From Acidobacteriaceae bacterium (GTDB taxonomy: Bacteria; Acidobacteriota; Terriglobia; Terriglobales; Acidobacteriaceae), in assembly GCA_035503555.1 (NCBI GenBank), contig DATJTG010000266.1, positions 1,280 through 65,279 on the forward strand: DNA of 64,000 nt, read 5' to 3'. Position numbers and translations under genes: made by a program. Below are positions 56,199 to 64,000 of the stretch, piece by piece. Position 1 is the first letter of the stretch; every line of letters starts with the position of its first letter. The notes beneath the pieces are model-generated. The model had not been told where the DNA came from and did not search any database. It was given only the letters and a program-made list of their open reading frames with translations.

Positions 56199-57486
56199 GG
56201 CTTTCTCCCCCGCCGGATTCGCGTCCCCGCGCCCGCTTGCGATGCGCTCGCGTAAAGTCACCGGAAGCCAGCGCGGCCGCAATTGAGAGCTCGCCCGCAA
56301 GTGCTAGGGCACCGCAAAGCTCGGCGAGCGCCCGCGCCTTGCCTTCACCTGCCATGCCGAGAATGTCGAGGCAGGCCCGTTGGCTCGGAAGCCCCGTGCC
56401 CCCGCCGACGGTCCCCACGACGATACTCGGCAAGGTGACGGCGGCATAGAGATCGCCGGATGCGGTGACCTCGAAGCGCGTGACGCCGACCGAAGACTCC
56501 GCAACGCAGGCGGGATCCTGACCGCAGGCGATGTAGAGGGCCGTAAGCGCGTTGGCAAAGTGACCCTGAATGCCGATGCTGCCGCTCTGGATCGCCCCCA
56601 GCGACGATATGCGCCAGTAGCGCTCCATCTGCTGTGGAGTGGAGTGCAGCCGATCCCGGATCAGATCCGCGGGGAGAGTGATCTCAGCCGAAACTTTCTT
56701 GCCGCGCACCGTCACGAACGAGTGCGCGGTCGCCTTCTTATCGCCGGAGAGATTCGCCTCAACGCAGTAAAACTCCGGTGCAATCGGCGAATTGGCCGCA
56801 ATGTAATCGCAAATGGCCTGCGTGGCGATCGTCACCATGTTCTGGCCCGAAGCATCGCCTGTGGTGTACTCGAGGATCAGATAGACGTGGTTGCCCTCGA
56901 TGGCAATGCCCAGATCGATTAGCTCGCCGTGCGTGGTCGTGGCGCCCGCGGCCTTGCTCAGCGCTTCACGCTGGTCGATGCACCAGATGGCAAAGATGCC
57001 CGCTTCGCGCAGGGAGTGAAAAGCAAATCCAGGCGTGCGTCGCATGCCCTCGTGCAGCAGGATGCTCACGCATCCGCCGGCCTCGGTGATGACCTGGCAT
57101 CCGCGTGAGTAGGAGGCAACGAGCGCCGCTTCGGTAGTCGCCAGCGGCACGTAGAAATCGCCAGAGGCGAACATGCCGCGCGTGCGCAGCGGCCCGGCCA
57201 GCCCAACCGGAACGCGTACCGCTCCGATCAGGTTCTCAATGTTGTTCTGGTAGTGTTCGGCTTCTGCAGCCGTGTGCGGGTCGAGCAGTTCCTGCCGGAC
57301 AGTTTCCGGCAGATTCAGCAACTGCCAGCGCCGGTCGAGCGCCGCCGGAGATACGGATCCCGCTCCCGGGACGCGCGGCGGCAGCGGCTTGGCCTCGCCG
57401 ACCAGCGACTGCGCGATGGCCAGCGCCGACCTGTCGCGGAGGAGGCGTCGCAGGAATTTCCCGATCCTCTCCTCGGTGCTCGCCAT
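56191..57486 (-). CDS. Class-I-type hydroxymethylglutaryl-CoA reductase homolog (soluble, orphan)
   Basis: Trimmed to MASTEERIGKFL. ENLIGAVRVPVGLAGPL, TTEAALVASYSRG, DASGQNMV and GTVGGGTGL correspond to the conserved HMGR catalytic-domain motifs. No other mevalonate-pathway gene is in the window. Confidence 0.85.
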   Translation of the reverse strand: MASTEERIGKFLRRLLRDRSALAIAQSLVGEAKPLPPRVPGAGSVSPAALDRRWQLLNLPETVRQELLDPHTAAEAEHYQNNIENLIGAVRVPVGLAGPLRTRGMFASGDFYVPLATTEAALVASYSRGCQVITEAGGCVSILLHEGMRRTPGFAFHSLREAGIFAIWCIDQREALSKAAGATTTHGELIDLGIAIEGNHVYLILEYTTGDASGQNMVTIATQAICDYIAANSPIAPEFYCVEANLSGDKKATAHSFVTVRGKKVSAEITLPADLIRDRLHSTPQQMERYWRISSLGAIQSGSIGIQGHFANALTALYIACGQDPACVAESSVGVTRFEVTASGDLYAAVTLPSIVVGTVGGGTGLPSQRACLDILGMAGEGKARALAELCGALALAGELSIAAALASGDFTRAHRKRARGRESGGGESHG

Positions 57487-58097
57487 GGGCCTCTGCCAAG
57501 CCTCCGCTCGTTCCAGACGTTGACCCCGATTCGCGAAACGGTTATGAAACCATTCGCTGCCACGGCAGGCCGGCGACACGCCTCTGCTGGTTCATGTGTG
57601 GGTCTCAGATGGCCGGAACTGACCAGGATTGTATCCTGCTCAAATTTGCCGGCATAGACTCCTTTGCCGACTTGCCACCGGGGAGGAAGCAACCTGATCC
57701 ATTTCCTGGCCAAAGTCTCGACTCGCGACGGATGTCCACTTCCCTCGAACTTCATCGGAACCGCGGCTGCGCCAACCTGCGGGTTGTCGCACTCATGCAC
57801 GAGCGATTCACAAATCGTCGAAACGGGGATGGATTCCTGGGTACGCGGCCGGAATTACGTCACACCGATCGTGTGCACCTCCTGCCGTGAAGCTTGCGGC
57901 CACGGACGAACGCGCTTCCCACAATCAGTCAGGCCTTCGTGCCCGTACCGGCTCATCGGAGTTCAATGTTCTGCGCGGCGGTGCGATCGGCAACCGACAG
58001 CGCGATCGAAGACATACGGCGGTGTTATCGCTTCTGAGCGGAAATAGCGCAGGATACGGAACTTGCAGGCAAACCTGACGGGGGGATTGAGGGGAGA

Positions 58098-59507
58098 TCA
58101 GCGCAGACGCCAGTGCACTCCGTCGCTACTGATCCAAACAGCGCCGTCGGTGGAGGTGAGCTCGAAGAGCGGCGGCGTTGTTCTGGAGGGTTCCGCCTTG
58201 TGGAGGGCCGCACTCACTCCCGGCTCGGCCAGGCCCAGGTGCGCGATGGAACCAGACCAAACGGGCGGGACTTTCTTCCATTTCCGCCCCCCATTACGGC
58301 TGAGGAAGAGCGTGCCGGCCGTGTCGAGCGCGAGAATGCGTCCGCTACGCACGACCGTTGTGGTCGCCGGGAGCCTGCCGGGCAACACGGGAACAAGAGC
58401 CGCGAGCCGAGCGTCGGCAGAGTGCGTGTTCGTCGGGATATCGGTTGCGGCAGCGCTGACCTCGACGGACGCTGCGGAGGAGCCCACTTGCAGCGCCGGA
58501 GAAAGCGAAGCCAGGTCGCCTCCCTGAAGATCGAAGCGCTCCGTGTCTGTTCTGAATCCCGGGGCGCTAATTTGCAGTTGGTACTGGCCAGGCGTTACCG
58601 ACGGCAACTCAAATCTGCCGGATTGATCCGTGCTTGTCGTAGCGGCTGTGGCTCCCGATATAGCACGCAAAGTCACAGACGCTCGAGCAATGATCGCTCC
58701 CGATGGATCGGTGACCGTGCCGTGAATTGCGGAGGAACTTTTGTTCGGGTTCTGATTGTGTTCGATGGTGAGGTGCGCGGAGCGGGCGGAATTGAGGAAT
58801 CCGTTCTGCGGTACAGCTCGCGCCAGCGCCCCATCGGCTCCTGGAACGGCGAGTTGATTGTGCGGCGCCATGGCTGCAGAGCCGACGGCCTTGTTCGTTG
58901 CCAGAGGCGATGGTTCCGTGCCGCTCACCTGCGGAGCTCCTCGCGCCTGATCTCGAGCCACCATGGAAGCGCTCTCTTTTGCGGATAGTTGTTCCGCCGG
59001 AGCTTCGGATCTGGATGTGACCCTGCCGAGCGCTTCCTGTGGAGCAGCGGGAGGGCGGGGCGGGGGCGGGGGAGGGGCCGCCCTCCTGTCGTTGCGCTCG
59101 TGGTGCGAGCCAGCAAGCAGAGCGGTCCGCGTTGGTGCAGCCTCCGGAGCAGGCGCGGCAACCGGTTGGTGCAGCGGCACGGCCGGATGGACGACGGCGG
59201 CCGTACTCGTTGAGGGAGTAGCAGCGGGGTGCGGATGCATCCTCAGAATGGCAACGAGGACGCAAGCGGCGGCAGCAGTTGCAAGCGAGAGCGGCGGCAG
59301 CCAGCGCCGCCCGGCGGGCACTGCCGGAGGCTGGACCGGTGGGACAGGAACCGCATCCTGCGCCAGAAAGACAATGCGCCGGCATTCCTCGCAGGCTGCC
59401 AGATGCGTAAGGCAATCCTGCCGTTCCCGTTCGGTCAGGACGCCCTCCATGAAGGCATTGAGCCGATCAGCGTCAGGATGCGATAAGGAATGGAGGTGTT
59501 CGCTCAT
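58098..59507 (-). CDS. Anti-sigma factor (zf-HC2) with TM helix, Pro/Ala-rich linker and CarboxypepD_reg-like extracytoplasmic domain
   Basis: N-terminal ..LNAFMEGVLTERERQDCLTHLAACEECRRIV (HxxxCxxC). TM segment WLPPLSLATAAAACVLVAIL. IHGTVTDPSGAIIARASVTLR...QSGRFELPSVTPGQYQL. The start overlaps the sigma gene stop by 4 nt. Confidence 0.75.
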   Translation of the reverse strand: MSEHLHSLSHPDADRLNAFMEGVLTERERQDCLTHLAACEECRRIVFLAQDAVPVPPVQPPAVPAGRRWLPPLSLATAAAACVLVAILRMHPHPAATPSTSTAAVVHPAVPLHQPVAAPAPEAAPTRTALLAGSHHERNDRRAAPPPPPPRPPAAPQEALGRVTSRSEAPAEQLSAKESASMVARDQARGAPQVSGTEPSPLATNKAVGSAAMAPHNQLAVPGADGALARAVPQNGFLNSARSAHLTIEHNQNPNKSSSAIHGTVTDPSGAIIARASVTLRAISGATAATTSTDQSGRFELPSVTPGQYQLQISAPGFRTDTERFDLQGGDLASLSPALQVGSSAASVEVSAAATDIPTNTHSADARLAALVPVLPGRLPATTTVVRSGRILALDTAGTLFLSRNGGRKWKKVPPVWSGSIAHLGLAEPGVSAALHKAEPSRTTPPLFELTSTDGAVWISSDGVHWRLR

Positions 59508-60598
59508 GCTCGATTCTGGCCTGTCTGTTGAAGGAACGGAGAACCCGATGTAGTTTGCAGCAGATTCCGCAAATTCACCGTGAGGTCGCGCGGGTCGGTG
59601 CCGAGGGCTTCCTGCGCGGCGCGGCGACGCAACCCGCCGGCTTCGAGCTCTTTCAATAGCTGTCGATGCAGATCGCCGGTAAGGCGTCGAATTCGACGGC
59701 TGATGGTGGCCTCATGCACGTGCAGCAGACGAGCCAAATCGAGCAGGGTGCGCTCGTCGAGAAAATACGCTGTCAGCAAAAAACGATTTTCTGCTGAAAG
59801 GCTGCGCAGGATCGGGGTAAGCGCGCTGCTCAGACGCTCCAGGGTCTGTGGATCTGGCTGCGGCGCCGAAACCGGAGCGGGAATCTCGTCACCCTCCAGC
59901 TCGGTCTCGCGGCGCGTAACGCGATGGCGGTCGACCTGACGCTGCGCGAGCGTGGCGCGCAGCCATCCCATCAGCGATCCCCGCCCCGAGTACGTAGTGA
60001 GCGGCGACCAGCGCCAGCCGTCGCGCTCCGTCAGTCCGAAAAGCTCAGAAAAGAGCGAATCGGCAAGCTCTTCGCCTTCGGAGGCTGATCGGGTGATGGC
60101 GACGGCCGCTTCGCGCAGAGGCGCGCGAAACTGGGCCACGAAGCGCTCCCAGGCCGCATCTCTGCCTCGCGCGCAGCCATGTGCCAGAGCAAGGTCGCGA
60201 AGATGCAGGGCTCGCCAAAATCCGGCCCGCTGCGCTTCATTCGTTACTGTTCCTGGCGGCGCGCCGAAATTCGATTTCGCTCCCGCGGAAAGGAGCACCT
60301 CCGCGAATTCTGATTCCGAAAGGCCGCTGAAACGAAGATCCGCCTGGCTCGACAATGCAAGCAGCAGTTTCACTGAAAGACCAGGAGTTTCCCGCAACGA
60401 AGAACTGCCGCTGGGCGCGGCCGAAACCACCGCGGAACCGGCGGCTTCAGTGCCGGACGAGGAAGCGGCTGCGCCGGGATCGGCGGATTGTGACGGCCCG
60501 GAATCCACGGTTTCCCCTACGCTATACCAACCTGCACGCGGCAGCACAGGCGCTTCCCAGCCCGTAGTATTGACTTTTTCCCGCCCGAGCGATTTCAT
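59504..60598 (-). CDS. ECF-type sigma-70 family factor with long N-terminal extension
   Basis: Region 2-like AWERFVAQFRAPLREAAVAI...ADSLFSELF. Region 4 HTH LLDLARLLHVHEATISRRIRRL. About 150 aa of low-complexity Ser/Ala-rich sequence precede region 2, and the true start is uncertain. Confidence 0.7.
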   Translation of the reverse strand: MKSLGREKVNTTGWEAPVLPRAGWYSVGETVDSGPSQSADPGAAASSSGTEAAGSAVVSAAPSGSSSLRETPGLSVKLLLALSSQADLRFSGLSESEFAEVLLSAGAKSNFGAPPGTVTNEAQRAGFWRALHLRDLALAHGCARGRDAAWERFVAQFRAPLREAAVAITRSASEGEELADSLFSELFGLTERDGWRWSPLTTYSGRGSLMGWLRATLAQRQVDRHRVTRRETELEGDEIPAPVSAPQPDPQTLERLSSALTPILRSLSAENRFLLTAYFLDERTLLDLARLLHVHEATISRRIRRLTGDLHRQLLKELEAGGLRRRAAQEALGTDPRDLTVNLRNLLQTTSGSPFLQQTGQNRA

Positions 60599-60721
60599 CG
60601 TTTAACGCAATTCCTCGGGATTTTGGACCTGATTTGGATCGGGCGAACGTTCCGCTCCATTCCTCGCTGTGACATCTGCGCCTTGAGTTCGGGATACAGT
60701 ATCTGCATCAACACGGAAGCC

Positions 60722-61492
60722 ATGGGTAAGACTTCAGCAAGCAGGGCTTTTGGACTTTCAGACGTCGGATGCGTCCGCGAGATGAACGAGGATTCGTTCG
60801 GCATTCGGGACGGCGACGGCCTGTTCGTGGTCTGTGACGGAATGGGCGGCGGCGCGGCCGGAGAAGTGGCAAGTACGCTTGCCGTGGATGCGTTTCTCGC
60901 GCAGCTGGGACAATCGAAGCTCGAATCCACGCCCGCAGCCGATGCTGTAACCGAGGCGGTAAGGTCGGCGATTCAGTATGCCAATAGTCTGGTGTTACAG
61001 CGGTCGAGGCTGAGCCCGGAATTTCGCGGCATGGGAACGACCCTGGTTGCGCTTTGGCTGCGCAAGGCGCAATTTAACGGCGCAGCTCATCGCGCCGCGT
61101 GGGTTGCGCACGCGGGCGACAGCCGCTGTTATCGGTTCCGCGACGGCGAACTCAGCGCCCTGACCGCCGATCACTCTCTGGTGGAACAACAGGTGCGGAT
61201 GGGGCAGATCACTGCACAAGAGGCCGAACAATCGAACATGCGCCACGTGATTACACGGGCCGTGGGTGTCGATCCGCAATTGGATCCGGAGATCGCCATC
61301 ACCGATGCCCAGGCGGGAGATTTGTTTCTTTTGTGCAGCGACGGACTCACGCAGGAAATTCCCGAGGCGCGTATCGCTGAAGTGTTGCGCCGCGAAGAGC
61401 GGCTCGAAGACGCGTGCGGAGTTCTGGTGGCCGAGGCCCGCCACCACGGCGGCCGGGATAACATCACCTGCGTGCTGGCGCAGGCGGAGTGA
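60722..61492 (+). CDS. PP2C-family Ser/Thr protein phosphatase
   Basis: Trimmed to MGKTSASRAFGLSDVGCVREMNEDSF. VVCDGMGGGAAGEVAS, GTTLVA, LLCSDGL and GGRDNITCV are the PPM motifs. Confidence 0.85.
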   Translation: MGKTSASRAFGLSDVGCVREMNEDSFGIRDGDGLFVVCDGMGGGAAGEVASTLAVDAFLAQLGQSKLESTPAADAVTEAVRSAIQYANSLVLQRSRLSPEFRGMGTTLVALWLRKAQFNGAAHRAAWVAHAGDSRCYRFRDGELSALTADHSLVEQQVRMGQITAQEAEQSNMRHVITRAVGVDPQLDPEIAITDAQAGDLFLLCSDGLTQEIPEARIAEVLRREERLEDACGVLVAEARHHGGRDNITCVLAQAE

Positions 61493-61507
61493 GCATCGCA
61501 GATAATT

Positions 61508-64000
61508 TTAGCGCGTCATCGCGTACTGCACCTGCTCTTCGATTGCAGCGATTTTGATGGGTTCACGATGCGCGCGCGAGAGTGCCGCATTGAGCGCATC
61601 CAGCCCGGACTTCTTGAATTGCTGCCACGCGGCTACTTTTGCCTTCTCGATCTCTCCCATTTGATCGAATATTGTGTGCGCCGTTGCTGGTGCGGTTCGG
61701 TCTCCGCTCTCGACCAGGCGCAGATCTGTGCCCAGGCCGGAGACGGCTTCTGCAAGACCGCCGCCTGACGCGCCGCCGCGAATCGCATCGAGATGCTTTT
61801 GCGCATCGCGGACTGCGCCGCTGAGATCGGCGGCCGTCGAGGTGTCGTTCAGATCGACCTTCCGGATCTGAGTAGCGACACTCTCCAGTTCCGCCATCGC
61901 TTTGCGGCCGGCGAGCAACTGCGCGTAAATCTGCTGTCCGAAGGCATACTGCTCGCCGAGCACGGCCTCCGTGCAGGCGCAGCGCGGATCCATCACGACC
62001 CTGAGCGTCCGATCCTGCTGCCACGAATCTTCCGGCATGCCCGTCGCCACATTCAGCCGCAGCGTGTAGGTGCCAGGCGGAACCCGCGGACCTGCCGGCG
62101 CTCCCAGAGCATCGTCGGCATCGTCGTCGCCTGTGCCCGCGCTGGAGCTGCCCGCATTCAGATCCCAGACAAAGCGATGCTCGCCTGCGCTCGTTTCGAG
62201 CATCTGCGGTTTCGGGAACCACCGCTCCGCAATCGGGAGCAGCGGCCGGCGAGACGGCGCTTTTTCTGCGCTGGAAAAGTGGCGGAGCACGCGGCCCTGC
62301 GCATCGAGTATTTGCAGGGTGACTTTCGTCGTCGTCTCGCCAAGGTAGTAGTCGATGATCGCCCCATTGGGCGGGTTGTCGGCCTGCGGCTCTTCCGGTG
62401 GCAGGGGCGTCCCGAGGAAACCGTCGTTATCCACGCGGATAGCCGTCGCCGGCTTGTAGAAATACCCATGGGCCGAGCTGCCAGCTGCCACAGCCTGGCG
62501 CAGCGGCGTCATGTCGTCGAGCACCCAAAACGACCGGCCGTGCGTGGCGATCACCAGATCGTCGTCATGAATGTCCATATCGCGCACCGACGTGACCGGC
62601 AGGTTCATCTGCAGCGGCTGCCACTCCGCGCCGCCGTTGAACGAAACGTAGATGCCGAATTCCGTTCCGGCGAAAAGCAAATTCTTCTCGACGGGGTCTT
62701 CCCGCACAGCATTCACGAAGTCGTGTCCGCCGATGCCGTTCACCGAGAGAGTCCAGGTTTTGCCGAAGTCATGCGTGATGTAGAGGTAGGGCTTGCGGTC
62801 ATCGAGGCGATGGCGATCGACGGCGACATACGCAGTCGCGGGATCGAAGTGCGACGCTTCGATCAGCGCGATCTTGCTCCAGGGTGAAAGTCCCGGGGGC
62901 GTGACGTTGGCCCAGGTCTTGCCGCCGTCCCGTGTGACATGGACAAGGCCGGTATCGCTGCCCGCCCAGATCTCGTCGGCCTGGAGCGGTGAAGGCGCGA
63001 TTGCGTAAACCACGCCGTAACCGCATGTCTCTGCCTGATCGAGGCTTGGTGGCTGCGAGCAGGAAACCGGTTTGCCCGCCCCGGTAAGGTCGTAGCTGAT
63101 TCGGTCCCAGTGCAGGCCGCCATCCACGGTCTTCATCACGTATTGCGTGCCAAGGTAGAGAGAAGTTTTGTCAGCCTGCGAGAAGACCAGCACCGGTGTC
63201 CACGGATCCCGGTACTTCCGCTGGTTGATCTCCGTGCCGAAGCCGCCCAGCGGCCAGGGCGAGATGTTCTGACTGAAGGCCGTGCGCTCATCAACACGCG
63301 TGGGGCCGCCGTAGGTGTCGGTCACGTAGACGATGTTCTCGTCTTTGGGATCGATAGCGATCCATCCGCTCTCGCTGCCGCCCGGCAGAAACCAGTCGCG
63401 CGTGTCCAGGTGCCCGTGGTCCGACCGGCTGTGCACGGCAATCGAGCCCGAATCCTGCTGCGCCCCATAAATGGTGTAAGGGAAGCGATGATCGGTCGTG
63501 ACGTGATAAAGCTGCGCCGTCGGCTGGTTGTACCAGGTGGACCACGTCTTGCCGCGATCGAGGCTGACGCTGGTGCCCTGGTCGACGCCCAGCACGAGGT
63601 GATTCGAATCTTTAGGATCGACCCAGATCTGGTGATAGTCGTCGCCGCCGGGTGCGCCGCGCACGATCTCGATTGTTTTGCCGCCGTCGTTGGTGCGGTA
63701 GAGCGCGACGTTGGGCATGTAGAGCACGTCAGAATCGCTTGGATCGATCGCGAGGGAATTGAAATACCAGGCGCGGCTGGTAATCCGCGCATCGCTCGAC
63801 TCGAGCGTCCAGGAATCGCCGCCGTCGTCGCTCCGATAGAGGCCCGAATGGCAGTCGTGGGCGCCTGGCGCGGAACCTGACTCTGCGTCGCCTCCGCAAT
63901 TCACGGTCAGATAAACGCGCCGGCCGTCGGCGGAAACCGCGATGCCGCTCCGGTTCCAGCCACCCTCCGGCAGACCGTGGCCCGCAATCTGCGTCCAGTT
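61508..64000 (-). CDS. BNR/Asp-box repeat protein (sortilin/VPS10-like beta-propeller), N-terminus outside the window
   Basis: The frame is open to the right window edge. Multiple Asp-boxes: SDDGGDSW, TNDGGKTI, SLDRGKTW, TVDGGLHW, TRDGGKTW, THDFGKTW, SFNGGAEW. Confidence 0.8.
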   Translation of the reverse strand, partial: NWTQIAGHGLPEGGWNRSGIAVSADGRRVYLTVNCGGDAESGSAPGAHDCHSGLYRSDDGGDSWTLESSDARITSRAWYFNSLAIDPSDSDVLYMPNVALYRTNDGGKTIEIVRGAPGGDDYHQIWVDPKDSNHLVLGVDQGTSVSLDRGKTWSTWYNQPTAQLYHVTTDHRFPYTIYGAQQDSGSIAVHSRSDHGHLDTRDWFLPGGSESGWIAIDPKDENIVYVTDTYGGPTRVDERTAFSQNISPWPLGGFGTEINQRKYRDPWTPVLVFSQADKTSLYLGTQYVMKTVDGGLHWDRISYDLTGAGKPVSCSQPPSLDQAETCGYGVVYAIAPSPLQADEIWAGSDTGLVHVTRDGGKTWANVTPPGLSPWSKIALIEASHFDPATAYVAVDRHRLDDRKPYLYITHDFGKTWTLSVNGIGGHDFVNAVREDPVEKNLLFAGTEFGIYVSFNGGAEWQPLQMNLPVTSVRDMDIHDDDLVIATHGRSFWVLDDMTPLRQAVAAGSSAHGYFYKPATAIRVDNDGFLGTPLPPEEPQADNPPNGAIIDYYLGETTTKVTLQILDAQGRVLRHFSSAEKAPSRRPLLPIAERWFPKPQMLETSAGEHRFVWDLNAGSSSAGTGDDDADDALGAPAGPRVPPGTYTLRLNVATGMPEDSWQQDRTLRVVMDPRCACTEAVLGEQYAFGQQIYAQLLAGRKAMAELESVATQIRKVDLNDTSTAADLSGAVRDAQKHLDAIRGGASGGGLAEAVSGLGTDLRLVESGDRTAPATAHTIFDQMGEIEKAKVAAWQQFKKSGLDALNAALSRAHREPIKIAAIEEQVQYAMTR

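Noticed and set aside
56191-57486. HMG-CoA reductase as evidence of a mevalonate pathway cluster
   Set aside because: No HMG-CoA synthase, mevalonate/phosphomevalonate kinase, decarboxylase or IDI gene is in the window. The gene is embedded in a different functional context, so I did not annotate a mevalonate pathway locus.
43345-57486. Treating the GRE + activase as genes 9 and 10 of the unknown operon
   Set aside because: They are on the same strand and adjacent. However, a 128-bp AT-rich spacer with a palindrome interrupts an otherwise overlap-coupled gene string, and the GRE looks like a catabolic dehydratase/lyase. I keep them as separate units, though read-through co-expression cannot be excluded from sequence alone.
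57594-58078. ORFs of 63-127 aa in the gap upstream of the HMGR-led operon (57594..57890, 57664..58047, 57887..58078 on plus; 57315..57800 on minus)
   Set aside because: They show no GC3 codon bias, no RBS and no recognisable motifs, and they mutually overlap in different frames. The region is treated as non-coding leader or promoter.

Overview
High-GC bacterial chromosomal segment. Its gene content looks like Acidobacteriota (Terriglobia-like): two ADOP-type orphan MacB/FtsX permeases, a CarboxypepD_reg-type TonB-dependent outer-membrane receptor, and many signal-peptide glycoside hydrolases. This taxonomic call is inference only. The left half covers the replication-origin neighbourhood. In order it holds the mfd 3' end, an M13 peptidase, pheS-pheT and dnaN. 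Four unrelated genes (about 6.7 kb) follow, then dnaA and the divergent rpmH-rnpA-yidD-yidC-jag-mnmE array. The best DnaA-box cluster lies upstream of dnaN, not next to dnaA. The right half starts with a PUL-like carbohydrate locus: GH36-like enzyme, two tandem GDE_C-like hydrolases, a TonB-dependent receptor and a divergent membrane-anchored winged-helix regulator. A TPR protein, a CRTAC1/ASPIC-UnbV protein and a glycyl-radical enzyme with its activase follow. Upstream of the radical-enzyme pair on the same strand is an eight-gene, translationally coupled operon (46816-57486). It encodes an orphan class-I HMG-CoA reductase, a UbiA prenyltransferase, a PPDK_N/His-swivel phosphotransferase, a BtaA/DUF3419-like SAM enzyme, a CdsA/dolichol-kinase-like membrane protein, a GNAT-like protein, an adenylate-forming ligase and an alpha/beta hydrolase. 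I cannot assign this operon to any characterised pathway, and it is my best candidate for an undescribed system, probably biosynthesis of an unusual polar or isoprenoid-linked lipid. An ECF sigma/anti-sigma pair with a divergent PP2C phosphatase sits directly upstream of it. A partial BNR/Asp-box protein ends the window. I recognised no rRNA, tRNA, CRISPR array, transposase or integrase. Most other long ORFs in the track are antisense shadow ORFs typical of high-GC DNA.
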